Positions 9,342 to 20,464 of a stretch of 64,000 nt of DNA are shown one piece after another (position 1 is the first letter of the stretch; each line of letters opens with the position of its first letter). Both the position numbers and the translations under genes were made by a program. Source of the DNA: Spirochaetia bacterium. Lineage in GTDB: Bacteria > Spirochaetota > Spirochaetia > CADAEX01. The DNA lies in the NCBI GenBank assembly GCA_963662265.2, contig CAXXHA010000003.1, positions 61,942 to 125,941 of the forward strand, written 5' to 3'. The notes under the pieces are model-generated. The model saw only the letters and a program-made list of their open reading frames with translations, ran no database searches and had not been told where the DNA came from.

Positions 9342-11142
9342 ATGAATATTAATGCAGATAAGATATCAAAATATGATGCATGGTTTTTAGAAATTTATAG
9401 GTTATGGAAAAAGTGCCGAAAATTAAAAAGTGAATTAATGTCTGCAAATTCAAGAGAAAGGTATATAATTTTGAATTTTTTCAGATATCTGAAAAAAATT
9501 ATACTCGATGATTTCAAACTTGTAATACTGTATATTATCTTTGTTCTTTTTTTCTCTGTTTTTTATATTACATTTGAATGGTCTGAAGGGCTCAGAAAAA
9601 TTGACAAATATCTTGATATGGCAGTCAGTACAGTGCCTCTTCTTCTTGAAGAGGATTTTCATGACAGGGCACTGGGGTCTGAAAGCATCAGCTTTGAAGA
9701 GGAGCTGAAAAACAGGAAAAAAATCAACAGTTTTGTTAAAACCATCAATCTTGAATGGGTTTATACACTTGTGAACTACAGGGGGAAATATTATTTTTCC
9801 GCTCCAACTGTAACTGACGAAGAGGCAGAGGAGATTGAACGGTGGTATTTTTATCCGTATGATGATGTTCCCCGTTTTTTTCAACGATGCATATACTGAA
9901 GATAAAACTGTCTTTGTTACATACACAGATCAATGGGGGACCTACAGGTCTATTGTAAAACCTATCCGATCTCCCGGTAATATTCTCTACCTTGTCTGTG
10001 CAGACATGGAGATATCAAAAGTAAGGGGAATTATTTTAAAACAGTTTGCAAATTCCCTTGTTATTTTCATTCTTTTCATTTTTCTTTCAAGCGCTGTTAT
10101 TATCAGGCTCATCATGGACAGACGAAAGATCATAGCAATTAACCGGGAACTCCTGTTCCACAAAAATAACCTTACTGAACTTGTTGATAACAAGACTTCC
10201 GATATCATAAAGATCAATGAGCAGCTTCTACATACCGAGCAGCAGCTTAAACTTACAATAGCAGAGGGGGGAATGGGGATTCTGAAGTGGAATTCAGGTA
10301 ATGATGTAATTTCAAAGGGAGATTCTGATTCATTTTTACAGGATGCCGGACTTCTGGAATATTTCCCACTCACATTTAAAGAGCTTGTTGAAATATATAT
10401 TCATCCTGATGATATTGATATTGTGAATGTCTTTCTGGATGATATGAAAATTCTGAAAAAGAATTCTGCACAGGTTGAATTCCGTCTGAAAAACAATGAC
10501 GGAAACTGGATCTGGATAAGTTTTCTGGGGAAGCGGTTTGAATCGGAAACCCCTGATTCCTCTGAAATTGTATTTATCCTGTTTGAAATTATTGATGAAA
10601 GAAAAAAAAGAGAATTAATTCTTGAAAAGAAAGCTGTTCATGATTCTCTTACCGGAATATATAACAGGGAATTTTATCTTGATTTCATTAATGCGCTTAA
10701 TATAAATAAAAGGCTGAATGATTTTCCCCTGACTGTATGCTATATCGATATAAACGGACTCAAGGAAGTCAACGATATGCTTGGCCATACAGAAGGTGAT
10801 GAAATGCTTGTTGCATTCTGCAGTTTTGTTATTGAAAACCTCAGGAAAACAGACATATTCTGCAGAATAGGGGGGGACGAGTTTCTTATACTCTGCCCCG
10901 GTATTTCAAACACCGAGTTCAGGAATATCTGGTCTAGAATAATTGCAACAGCAGATATCTATAATTCAGAAAGTATAAAACCGTATCGCATATCATTCAG
11001 CCACGGTGTCATTGAATTGAGCCATGATGATATTTCCATGCCTGCAGAAAAGATAATTGCGCTTGCAGACGAGATGATGTATCTTGAAAAGAAGATACTT
11101 AAAAAGGAAAGCAGTTCAATAATCAGGAATAATGACAGATAA
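9342..11142 (+). CDS. Membrane-anchored PAS-domain diguanylate cyclase (split by a probable indel)
   Basis: TM-periplasmic-TM, PAS (IHPDD...EFRLKNNDGNWIW), HDSLTGIYNR, DINGLKEVND..GH..GD and RIGGDEF. Frame change near the T run 9875-9881; start uncertain. Confidence 0.85.
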
Positions 11143-12013
11143 CAAAAATAAACTTAAATATGCTTATCTAGAAGGATATTCATCAATAATAATAAATATT
11201 TTTCTGTTTCTAGTTAAATACTGGGCAGGAGTTATTTCAGGTTCAATTGCAGTAATAGCTGATGCCTGGCATTCCCTTTCTGACTCACTGACATCAATAG
11301 TAGTTCTTGTAAGTTCACGGGAAACAGAAAAGCCGGCTGATATTGATCACCCGTTCGGACACGGGCGGGCGGAACTTATCGGTTCTGTAATAATTGGTGT
11401 ACTTCTTGCTGTGGTGGGATTTAATTTTCTTGTAGATTCTTCAAAAAGGCTTGTAAGCTTTGAATCGAGAAATTTTCCTACGGTTGTCCTTGTGGTTATT
11501 CTTGTTTCTGCGCTGATCAAGGAAGCCAGCGCCCAGTATGCTTTCTGGTGCTACAGAAAAACCGGGACCCATGCACTGAAAGCTGACGGCTGGCATCACA
11601 GAAGTGATGCTATCACTTCACTGTTTATTCTTTTCGGGATCTTTTTGAATAAATATTTCTGGTGGATGGATGGAGTTCTCGGTGTAATTGTCTCAGTTGT
11701 ATTGATTTTCACAGCCTGGACAATTATCAAAGAGGGAGCAATGCCCCTGCTCGGGGAAAGCCCTGACAGAGAATTTATTGAAAGTGTTTCATCTGTTGTT
11801 GAATCTGTTTACCCTGAAAAAATATATATGCATCATTTTCATCTTCACAGGTATGGTTACCATACTGAGATAACTTTTCATATATGCCTGCCGGGTGAAA
11901 AAAGAATTGTTGACGGGCATGAAATTGCAACAGTTATAGAAAATGCAATCAGGGATAAACTCGCAATAGAAGCAACAATACATGTTGAACCACTGGAAGA
12001 TCATTTTATCTAG
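11132..12013 (+). CDS. Cation diffusion facilitator (FieF-like) transporter
   Basis: ADAWHSLSD, HPFGHGRAE, ADGWHHRSD and C-terminal IHVEP. Confidence 0.92.
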   Translation: MTDNKNKLKYAYLEGYSSIIINIFLFLVKYWAGVISGSIAVIADAWHSLSDSLTSIVVLVSSRETEKPADIDHPFGHGRAELIGSVIIGVLLAVVGFNFLVDSSKRLVSFESRNFPTVVLVVILVSALIKEASAQYAFWCYRKTGTHALKADGWHHRSDAITSLFILFGIFLNKYFWWMDGVLGVIVSVVLIFTAWTIIKEGAMPLLGESPDREFIESVSSVVESVYPEKIYMHHFHLHRYGYHTEITFHICLPGEKRIVDGHEIATVIENAIRDKLAIEATIHVEPLEDHFI

Positions 12014-12148
12014 AAACTATTCTGCTGCTCTAATTGAAATAATTTTTAATATTTCCTTTTCTTTTGCATCGTCTGTATGTAATATATAAATATGTATATA
12101 TAGGAATACTGCAGATGTCAGAAAATGACTCTGTAACGGGGGCAGAAT

Positions 12149-12325
12149 ATGAGTTTAAAATTTTTAACCAATATAATACCGGCGGTTTTAGGCGGCGCGG
12201 GGGGCTTTTTACTCTATAAATATGTGGGATGTGTTACAGGTACATGCCCCATAACTTCAAATCCATGGTCTTCTGTTATTTTCGGCGCATTTCTGGGGCT
12301 TATGATTTCACAGTCATGGAGTTGA
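12149..12325 (+). CDS. 58-aa membrane protein with a GCxTGTCPITSNPW motif (DUF6132-like)
   Basis: Below the ORF-track cutoff. Manual translation: MSLKFLTNIIPAVLGGAGGFLLYKYVGCVTGTCPITSNPWSSVIFGAFLGLMISQSWS; G-rich RBS upstream. Confidence 0.8.
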   Translation: MSLKFLTNIIPAVLGGAGGFLLYKYVGCVTGTCPITSNPWSSVIFGAFLGLMISQSWS

Positions 12326-12414
12326 ACAGGGCGGGAGTTCTGTCTTCAAGCAGTTAAAACAGAATATAAAATGGATAAACTGGAAAATAATGAAAGTTTA
12401 CAAAGGGGTTGTAT

Positions 12415-12924
12415 ATGGCAAAAAAAATACTTGCACTTGTAGATGAAAAATATGAGGATCTTGAGCTTCTCTATCCTGTCATCCGCTTGAGAGAGGCAGG
12501 TTATGAAGTGGTAGTCGCAGGTGATGAAAAGGGCAGGATATATCACGGAAAACACGGATATCCTGTAAAGTCTGATGCTGATTTCAGGAAGATTGATCCT
12601 TTACAGTTCGAAGGTGTTATTGTCCCCGGGGGCGGTGCTCCTGACAGGCTCAGAAGACATCCTCAAGTATCTGAAATACTTAAGAATCTTGACAGCCGCG
12701 GAAAAACAATAGCAACAATCTGCCATGCGGGACATGTTCTTATTACTGCCGACCTGCTTAAAGGGAGAAGAATCACAAGCTTCTATTCAATAAGACCTGA
12801 GATGGAATTTGCAGGCGGAACCTGGTCAGACGAAAGTGTTGTTGTTGACCGCAATTTTGTATCAAGCAGAACACCTGATGATCTGCCTGATTTCATGAGG
12901 GAAGTTATTAAAAATATCAGCTGA
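12415..12924 (+). CDS. DJ-1/PfpI family (type 1 glutamine amidotransferase-like) protein
   Basis: YEDLEL, VPGG..PDRLR, nucleophile ICHAG, and VVDRNFVSSRTPDDL. Confidence 0.9.
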   Translation: MAKKILALVDEKYEDLELLYPVIRLREAGYEVVVAGDEKGRIYHGKHGYPVKSDADFRKIDPLQFEGVIVPGGGAPDRLRRHPQVSEILKNLDSRGKTIATICHAGHVLITADLLKGRRITSFYSIRPEMEFAGGTWSDESVVVDRNFVSSRTPDDLPDFMREVIKNIS

Positions 12925-13536
12925 GAAAGCTGCCTGCATATTTCAGCAGAGACAGCGATATTGTAAACATGCTGAGTGCAACAGCTGTATTCAGTATTTT
13001 CCATGAGAACGGCTTGCTGAAAAGCGGCGACAGTATCTTGCCTCCTATACTCAGCGCAAAAAACCAGAGGCAGGATGCTGTTACTGCTCCAGTGAGAAAC
13101 CCTGTTCTGCTGCCTCCGAAACTATTGCCTATGCTTCCCAGGAGAACTACTGTATCGAGGTAAAGATGGGGATTGAGCAGGGATATCGAGAGGGTTGCAA
13201 TAATTGCTTTTTTTTCTTGTATCTATCTTCAGAAGAGATTTTTTCAGTGAATTATCCCGGAATACAGATTTGATGCTTTCAGTCCCATACCAGAAAAGAA
13301 ATACAGCCCCGAAAAGTGCGGCTGCAGCTGTGAAATAATCATTTTTCCTGAAAATAATTCCGAGTCCGGCAACCCCCTGCAGTTATGAGTACTGCATCAA
13401 TAATAGTACAGATCAGGGGAATAACAATAAAATAGCTTTTTTTAATTCCCTGGCTCAGTACAAATGCGTTTTGTGCCCCTATTGCAATTATCAGGGCTGC
13501 ACCTGTTGTGAATCCGAAAAAATATGAATTTAACAT
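12917..13536 (-). CDS. lysE: LysE/ArgO family amino-acid exporter (split by probable indels)
   Basis: N-terminal LIIAIGAQNAFVL and, in another frame, LLNPHLYLDTVVLLGS; stop TGA at 12919-12917; divergent from an ArgP-type regulator. Confidence 0.85.
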
Positions 13537-13752
13537 TTTAATCCCCCTTAAATTCAGCTGATATCTTTGATCTGTTTTGAGCTTATATTTTGTTTTCTAA
13601 AAAACAGAGGGTTTTATAACAGGGATTTGAATGATCAAAAGAAAACATTGATTACTGCAAGATTCCGGATTTAAACCTGTATTATCCTCTTTTTAAAGAG
13701 GAATATATATTTTTCAGCAAGATTTGTAAAATTAATCTTTTTTTATATAATA

Positions 13753-13765
13753 TAAGCTGTGCTAA
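13753..13765. promoter_or_regulatory. LysR-type T-N11-A box between lysE and argP
   Basis: TAAGCTGTGCTAA within the imperfect dyad ATAAG-N5-CTAAT, just upstream of the argP start. Confidence 0.5.
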
Positions 13766-13773
13766 TATTATAT

Positions 13774-14677
13774 ATGTTTGATTACAGGCTGTTAGAAGAG
13801 CTTTTGCTTCGGTTATTTCTGAAAAGGGGTTTTGAAAAAGCATCTGATAAACTCGGATTGACACAATCTGCAGTCTCGCAGAGAGTCAGGCAGCTTGAAG
13901 ATCTCATGGGGAAAAAATCCTTATAAAGAGATCGAATCCTCCTGAAGTAACAGATGAGGGGAAAAAGCTTTTTTCCCATTTCAGACAGGTTGATTTTCTT
14001 GAGAAGGAATATCTTAGAACTGAACACAATAAAAGCAGCAGTGAATATATTAAATTTCCGGTAGGTGTTAATGCAGACAGCCTCGGAACATGGTTTCTTC
14101 CTTCTGTTGCTGATTTTGTGAAAAATAAGAGAATAACGCTTGAAGTTATTACTGCTGACCAGACAGAAACAGACAAGCTTCTTAAAAGCGGGGAAGTACT
14201 GGGATGCATCAGTTCCACTGCAAAATCAATTCAGGGGTGCAGGAAAGAATTTCTTGGAGTAATGCGCTATATAGCAGTTGCAGCACCTGAATTCCAGAAA
14301 AGATATTTTAAAAACGGGATTACAGTAAAGTCTCTACAGACAAGCCCCTTCTGTGTTTTTCAACAGATCAGATAATCTTCTGGAACAGTTTTTTTCTGAA
14401 AAATACGATGCCGATTTTAAAAATATTCCTGTTAATTACATTCCGTCATATGAAACATTTATTCAATCAATTGTAATACAGCTCGGTTTTGGAATTGTCC
14501 CTGAAATGCAGGCTTGAGAAATATCTGAAAAATAAATCACTGGTGAATATCTGTCCCCGGCATTTCATTAATCTTGAACTGTACTGGCATTGCTGGAATA
14601 TTGAATCAGATATTATTAAACAATTCACAGCTGAAATGATCAACAAATCGGCAGCGTTTCTTTTAAAAAACAATTAA
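13774..14677 (+). CDS. argP: LysR-family regulator ArgP/LysG (several probable indels)
   Basis: Pieces read across frames: MFDYRLLE..., [46 protein letters not shown] and [10 protein letters not shown]. Confidence 0.8.
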
Positions 14678-14688
14678 AGTAATGATGG

Positions 14689-14772
14689 TTAAAGTTTTGT
14701 TGCTTTTTTGCTGAATACAATAATAAAATAAACAGCAACAGCTACAATAAGAGACAGCGCAATAAGAGCCAT
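14689..14772 (-). CDS. 27-aa single-transmembrane small protein
   Basis: MALIALSLIVAVAVYFIIVFSKKATKL*, preceded by the strong RBS AGGGGAGGT; not in the ORF track. Confidence 0.55.
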   Translation of the reverse strand: MALIALSLIVAVAVYFIIVFSKKATKL

Positions 14773-15074
14773 GATCTTACCTCCCCTGTTTGATTTTTAA
14801 TAACGGAGCAATCATGCGGTTCCTGAAAATGAGTTATGAGATATTGAAGAATACATATTCTGCTGACTTTTAATCCATTGCAGATTTTTTCCGGTTTTCA
14901 TGTCTCATAACTGTATTGAAAATAATTGAAAGCCCGTTATTAAGTATAGTTTTTAATTTAATTCAGAGGGATATGATAAAATATTGAATATTTATGTAGA
15001 TTAATGTCCATATTTAATGGAATATATGATGATGAGATGTATTTAAAATTTTACCGCCTTCTCAAATGCTTGTA

Positions 15075-15852
15075 TTAAGTAAAAAAACTGTTTTCACCAA
15101 ATAATGTAAGATCTGTCCTGATTGGTGTAACAGATACTTTTTTTTCAATAAGAATTGTATGGGCATCAGTTCCCTTTTCATGGACCTGTGGTTTGTTCAG
15201 TTCGAGGGACATTTCATCCAGTCGGGAACTTACAGTCCCGTTAGAAATAATATTGTTATAGTATGGTTTGTCTGTAAGCCTTGTTCTTAGCCATTGTGTT
15301 GAGCTGTCTGCTGTTTCAGGTACATCTAATTTGAGAATTTCGAATTGTCTGAATCCTCCATCTCTTTTAAATTTCTCTGTAAACATTTTCAAAAAATATT
15401 TAACCCGCATCCCAGTTGACTTCGCCGTAGTTGAAATGGTATTCAAACGGTGTCTGCAGCGAGGCAGCAATAGCAGGTATTCCTATTGATGCAGCTTCAA
15501 AAGCAGCGCCAAGTGTTCCTGAAACAGTTATATCAGTGCCCATGTTTTCACCATAGTTTATTCCCGATATTAAAAGATCAGGTTTTTCCTCCCTGAATAT
15601 GGTTGTAAAAGCATATTTCAGCAGGAGGGCAGGGGTACAGTCCACATGAAAAGCCCGGATATCACTTTTTCCTGTATTTATGACTGTTTCTGTAAAATGC
15701 TGCTTTCTGCTTCCCTTGAGGCTTCTTCCCGCAGCTGTCTGCTGTTTTGTCGGTGCTGCAACGGTTATTTCACCCAGATCTTCTACAGCCTCAACTGCTG
15801 CTTTCAGTCCGGGAGAAAATACACCATCATCGTTGGTTATTAATATTTTCAT
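15075..15852 (-). CDS. surE: 5'/3'-nucleotidase SurE (split by a probable indel)
   Basis: MKILITNDDG, SGINYGEN.G....SGTLGAA and C-terminal GTDA...VSVTPI; two overlapping ORFs. Confidence 0.9.
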
Positions 15853-15996
15853 GATTATGTATTATAACATTTTATATTTTTTATGCAAAACAAACATTTG
15901 AATCTTGCATACATAATTTACAGGAATTATATTCTGAAATATAGCAGTTTGCTAAAAAAACTGATTACTTTTATAAAGGGTGATATAAGGATTATT

Positions 15997-16972
15997 GTGA
16001 ATATATTAAAAATCATAGAAAAAGTATTCTCAGGGGAGTTTTTACCGGGAATTGCCTATCTTTTATTTATAACCGGCTTTTTTACATGGATAATTGTCTT
16101 TGCGCTTCGATCGCTCAAAGATGTGAAAAACCGCAGGAAGAAAAGGCTTCAGAACAGAAAAGGGGGATTTTCACTGCCTCTCGATTCTGACAGTTCAAGC
16201 GCACTAAGGAAGATTAAAAAAAGCGGAATGGAAAGTATTGAAAGCCAGTTTTCAATAAGCAAGAAAATAATCATCCCACTGATTGTTATAATCGGCCTTA
16301 TTATTGCATTAATCCCTTTCGTCTCCCATGTCCCTGCAACACTGCTGTCTTTTATTGTAGGTGCTTTCACTGTTGTCACCGGTATAACAGCGCGTCCTTT
16401 CCTTGAAAATCTTTTTGCAGGAATTGTTTTCTCTCTTCATCCCGCTCCCTGAATATAGGGGATACAGTGATTGTTGATAATAATTACGGTACTGTTGAGG
16501 ATATCAGTCTCACTTACACTTCAGTAAAAACCTGGGACTGGAAAAGATATATTATTCCGAATATTAAGATGCTTAACAAGGATTTTCTTCAACCTTTCCC
16601 TGGTTGAAAAAAATCAGTGGGCCTACATAGAATACTGGGTTTCGTATAACAATGATCTTGATGAGGTTAAAGAGCTGTCTGTCAAGTGTGCAAAGGAAAG
16701 CAGGTATTATAATGAGGAGCATGATGTTGAATTCTGGGATAATGGGAATGGAAAAGGATGCTGTCCTCTGCTGGCTGGCAGTATGGGCTGATTCCCCTTC
16801 AGATGCATGGGGATTTAAAAATGATGTGAGGACAGGTATTATCACTGAATTCCGCAGAAAAAACATTGAAATACATTCCATCAGCAGCCGTGTCAGTTTT
16901 ATTTCAGAAGGAAAGGAACATAGTGTTTCTGATGCTGAAGTAAACATCAGGTCAAACACTGATTTTAAATAA
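15997..16972 (+). CDS. MscS-family mechanosensitive channel (split by probable indels)
   Basis: TM segments, ARPFLENLFAG, then LNIGDTVIVDNNYGTVEDISLTYT.VKTWDWKRYIIPN in another frame. Confidence 0.8.
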
Positions 16973-17009
16973 ATACTTATTTCAGGAATATTACTTCTCT
17001 TTCATGATT

Positions 17010-17050
17010 AAAAAAAATACCCGTAATCCTGACTGCCGGATAACGGGTAT
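17010..17050 (-). terminator. Terminator of the peroxiredoxin gene
   Basis: ATACCCGT...ACGGGTAT stem with an A8 run (U-tract on the minus strand). Confidence 0.7.
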
Positions 17051-17069
17051 ATATTGCCTGATGTACTGT

Positions 17070-17718
17070 TTATAGCGGTTTATGGCAGAACCACCAGTCA
17101 TATCCGTCATACTGATCAAGACGCTTTGCTGCATCTGCTTCGCTTGTAGCAGGCGGTATAATAACCCTGTCTCTTATAAGTTCATTTTCCGGCCATCCTG
17201 CAGGAACTGCAACTCCGTTGCTGTCCTGAAACCTGAAGCGCTTTTACAGCTCTTACAACTTCATCCATATTTCTTCCGATTTCCTGGGGATAGTAAAGAA
17301 CAAGTCTTACCTTGCTTTCCGGGTCTACAACAAAGACTGCCCTTACAGTGTTTGTACCTTTTCCTGGATGAAGCATTCCCAGCTTGTTAGCAATGTCGTC
17401 ATTTGCAGCAACAATTGGAAATTTAATTTCTATATCGAGTTTTTCCCTGATCCATTCTGTCCATTTAATATGGCTGAAAACCTGGTCCACTGACATTCCT
17501 ATGAGTTTTACTCCCAGTTTTTCAAACTGTTCAAATCTTTTCTGAAAAGCAACAAATTCTGTTGTACATACAGGTGTGAAATCTGCCGGGTGGCTGAAAA
17601 GGACAAACCATTCACCTTTAAGGTCTTCCGGTATGTTCATAGGTCCGTGTGTTGTGTTTGCCTTGATTGACGGGAAAATATCTCCAAGTAACGGCATGTT
17701 GAATTTTTTTTCTTCCAT
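17070..17718 (-). CDS. Peroxiredoxin (Prx6-like; probable indel near the 3' end)
   Basis: [25 protein letters not shown] and YYPQEIGRN; C-terminal [11 protein letters not shown] in another frame. Confidence 0.92.
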
Positions 17719-17811
17719 AGTTTTTATCTCCTTGTTTTTTATATAAGAGTGCCTTATAAGGCCTGTCTTAATGTTGAACTGATCAGTTTTATCTGTTCTT
17801 TACTCATATAT

Positions 17812-17827
17812 TGCAAAATGCGTGCCA
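17812..17827 (-). promoter_or_regulatory. Sigma54 -24/-12 promoter of the peroxiredoxin gene
   Basis: The minus strand reads TGGCAC-GCATT-TTGCA, an exact match to TGGCAC-N5-TTGCW; a divergent sigma54 activator is adjacent. Confidence 0.85.
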
Positions 17828-17889
17828 ATTAAAAAGAAAAAAATAAATCGTTATAAAACAGGAATTTAATATTTAATTCCTTGACATGG

Positions 17890-17926
17890 AACGATATATC
17901 GGTGAAACTTGTAACGATATGGCGTT
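17890..17926. promoter_or_regulatory. Putative tandem enhancer (UAS) sites
   Basis: AACGATATATCGGT (17890-17903) and AACGATATGGCGTT (17913-17926): related imperfect palindromes 23 bp apart, upstream of the sigma54 promoter. Confidence 0.6.
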
Positions 17927-18024
17927 GCAACTAAATAAAGTTGTCCTTGATTAACTGAAGTGACTGACTTGCAATAGCATGAGCAGTCCTGATTGTATTT
18001 TAAAAATAAAGGTATATTGCTGAG

Positions 18025-19521
18025 ATGATTACTTCTGAAAATATATATTCAGGTATAAATCCTGAAAAAGTACTGGAAATAATTCTGGAATCTCTCTATA
18101 AGCTGGTTGATTATGAACTTGCTGTTGTTATGGGAGTGAGTGATGAAAAAATACTTAAAGTTCTCAAAGCTGACGGACCTCTGTATATATCTGCGCTTGA
18201 CAGGTTTGAAATATCTCTTTCCAAAAGGACAGATATTGCCGGATTGATTGAAAAAGGGAAAACCCATCTGTTCAGTGAAGAAGAGGAACATCTTGATACA
18301 TATTATGAGCTTCTGGAAATGCCTGATAATCATTCATGTCTTGTCTCCCCTCTTTATGTGGATAACAGGGCAATCGGTCTTCTTACTCTCGATCACCGGG
18401 GATGCGGCATGTTTACTGAAAATGTTGTAAATCTAATCGACAGCCTGTCAAAGCTGATTGCAATTTCCCTGTCCCAGATGTCGGCAGTTAATGAGATGTA
18501 CCGGGAAAACAGACTGCTTGCAGATGAAAGAAACAACCTCCTTGACAACAAGAGCGGTGCGCTTGAAATGCTTGTAGGCAATTCTGATAAATGGAACAGG
18601 GTCAAGGACAGCATCAGGCTTGTTGCATCGTCAGATACGCCTGTCCTTATTGAGGGGGAGACCGGAACTGGCAAGGAAGTTGTTGCAAGGGCTGTCCATT
18701 CTCTTTCGGCGAGGCATTCAAAACCTTTTATCGCTGTAAACTGCTCAGCAATCAGCGCAGCTCTGGCAGAAAGTGAGTTTTTCGGTCATGAGAAAGGATC
18801 TTTCACAGGGGCTGATTTCAGGAGAAAGGGGAGGTTTGAGATTGCTGACGGGGGAACTCTTTTTCTTGATGAGGTTGGGGATCTCCCTGCGGAAATTCAG
18901 CCGAAGCTTCTTCGTGTCCTTCAGGAGGGGTGTTTTGAAAGGGTAGGCGGGGAAAAACAGGTTTTTACAGATGTGAGAATTATTGCAGCAACAAATGTAA
19001 ACCTTATCAATGCTGTCCGAAAGGGAAAGTTCCGGGAAGATCTATACTACAGGCTCAGTGTGTTTCCCCTGCATCTGCCCCCTTTGAGAGAACGTGAAGC
19101 AGACATCATTCTGCTTGCAGATTATTTTTTGAATCAGATAAAAAAGAGGCTGGGGCGTGATATTTCTATTTCTGACAGGGCGCTTTCTGTCATTGCTTCA
19201 TCTGAGTGGAAGGGGAATGTTAGGGAGCTTCAGAACTGTATGGAACGGGCAGTTATACTTTCCGGCGGAGGTATTATAGATAGGGAGCATATAAGAATTT
19301 CAGATCCAGGATCTCTATCCGGTTATAAAACCAGCGACTCTTCAGCCGGAAGTGACGATGAGATATCTGATCTTGATTCTGTTGTGAGGAATCATATTCT
19401 GAAAACATTGGCCTACTGCGGCGGAAGGATATACGGTAAGGGGGGAGCAGCAGAAATCCTTGATCTGAAGCCCACGACTCTTCAGAGCAGAATGAAAAAA
19501 CTGGGTATTAAAAAAAGTTGA
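18025..19521 (+). CDS. GAF-domain sigma54-dependent transcriptional activator (NorR-like)
   Basis: GAF (HSCLVSPL...GLLTLD), Walker A GETGTGKE, GSFTGA loop, Walker B LFLDEVG, FREDLYYRL, and Fis-type HTH GAAEILDLKPTTL. Confidence 0.9.
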   Translation: MITSENIYSGINPEKVLEIILESLYKLVDYELAVVMGVSDEKILKVLKADGPLYISALDRFEISLSKRTDIAGLIEKGKTHLFSEEEEHLDTYYELLEMPDNHSCLVSPLYVDNRAIGLLTLDHRGCGMFTENVVNLIDSLSKLIAISLSQMSAVNEMYRENRLLADERNNLLDNKSGALEMLVGNSDKWNRVKDSIRLVASSDTPVLIEGETGTGKEVVARAVHSLSARHSKPFIAVNCSAISAALAESEFFGHEKGSFTGADFRRKGRFEIADGGTLFLDEVGDLPAEIQPKLLRVLQEGCFERVGGEKQVFTDVRIIAATNVNLINAVRKGKFREDLYYRLSVFPLHLPPLREREADIILLADYFLNQIKKRLGRDISISDRALSVIASSEWKGNVRELQNCMERAVILSGGGIIDREHIRISDPGSLSGYKTSDSSAGSDDEISDLDSVVRNHILKTLAYCGGRIYGKGGAAEILDLKPTTLQSRMKKLGIKKS

Positions 19522-19684
19522 AATAAAGTCTGCGGTAAGTGATAAAATGAACTATTATTTTTACTGGTAGCATAAAAGATTAAAGATAAAAACTTGTTAA
19601 CAGTCAGGGACTTTCCAACAGGAAAGTGCCTGAAAGCGATATGAAGAAATGATAACATTTTTACCATTGCATAGGAGTAAAAGT

Positions 19685-20359
19685 ATGAAATTATTAAAAA
19701 TACTGATTGTAATTGTCTGTATGCTTGTCTGTATTTTCCAGGCTTTTTCTTCAGGGGGGGAAGAAGATAAAGACGATATATATATATTTGACGGCAGGAT
19801 CAGCTATGCAGACGGAGATGTTTATTTAAACGGAAAAGAGGCTGAAATCGGCGATTCTGTAAATAACAGTGACCTGGTGGAAACCGGAACAGATTCTGTC
19901 TGTGAAATAATATTTAATGAAAGAAATATTATACAGCTGGGTCCCGGAAGTCTTTTTGAAGTGGGAAGCAGCAGAAAAATTGATTTTTCCCTTGAAAAGG
20001 GAAGTCTTTCTGCAGTTGCTGATAAGCTAAACATGATTGCCGGAACTAAAGAAAGACTTGCTGTCAGGACTCCTTCTGCAGTTATCGGAGTCAGGGGAAC
20101 GCTCTTCTTTGTTAAAGTTGAAGATGAAAACAACTCCTATCTCTGCATTTGCAACGGCACCGCAAATACATACAAGGGTGACGGCAGGAGCCGTATCAAA
20201 ATCAAGGCTGATCATCACAAGGCAGTCCGGTTTACCAGATCCGGCGACAGTTACAAAAGAAGCAGTGCAGGGCTTTTGTATCATGATGATGAATCCATGG
20301 AAAAACTTGCAGAGAAAATAAATGTCAGAGTTGACTGGGGGAGCGGAAAGGCATATTAG
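19685..20359 (+). CDS. Exported FecR-domain protein
   Basis: Signal peptide; FecR-type motifs ETGTDS and VRTPSAVIGVRGTLF; RBS AGGAG. Confidence 0.8.
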   Translation: MKLLKILIVIVCMLVCIFQAFSSGGEEDKDDIYIFDGRISYADGDVYLNGKEAEIGDSVNNSDLVETGTDSVCEIIFNERNIIQLGPGSLFEVGSSRKIDFSLEKGSLSAVADKLNMIAGTKERLAVRTPSAVIGVRGTLFFVKVEDENNSYLCICNGTANTYKGDGRSRIKIKADHHKAVRFTRSGDSYKRSSAGLLYHDDESMEKLAEKINVRVDWGSGKAY

Positions 20360-20392
20360 TAAAATTTTTGAAGTATTCTGACAGTCATTTAT

Positions 20393-20440
20393 ATTTTCTG
20401 CTGTTTTTTACCTTTCTGCGGAAAAGAAACAGCAGAAAAT
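20393..20440. terminator. Bidirectional terminator-like hairpin between convergent genes
   Basis: 14-bp inverted repeat ATTTTCTGCTGTTT / AAACAGCAGAAAAT. Confidence 0.65.
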
Positions 20441-20464
20441 AACTGTAAAAACTGTTTCAGGCTT

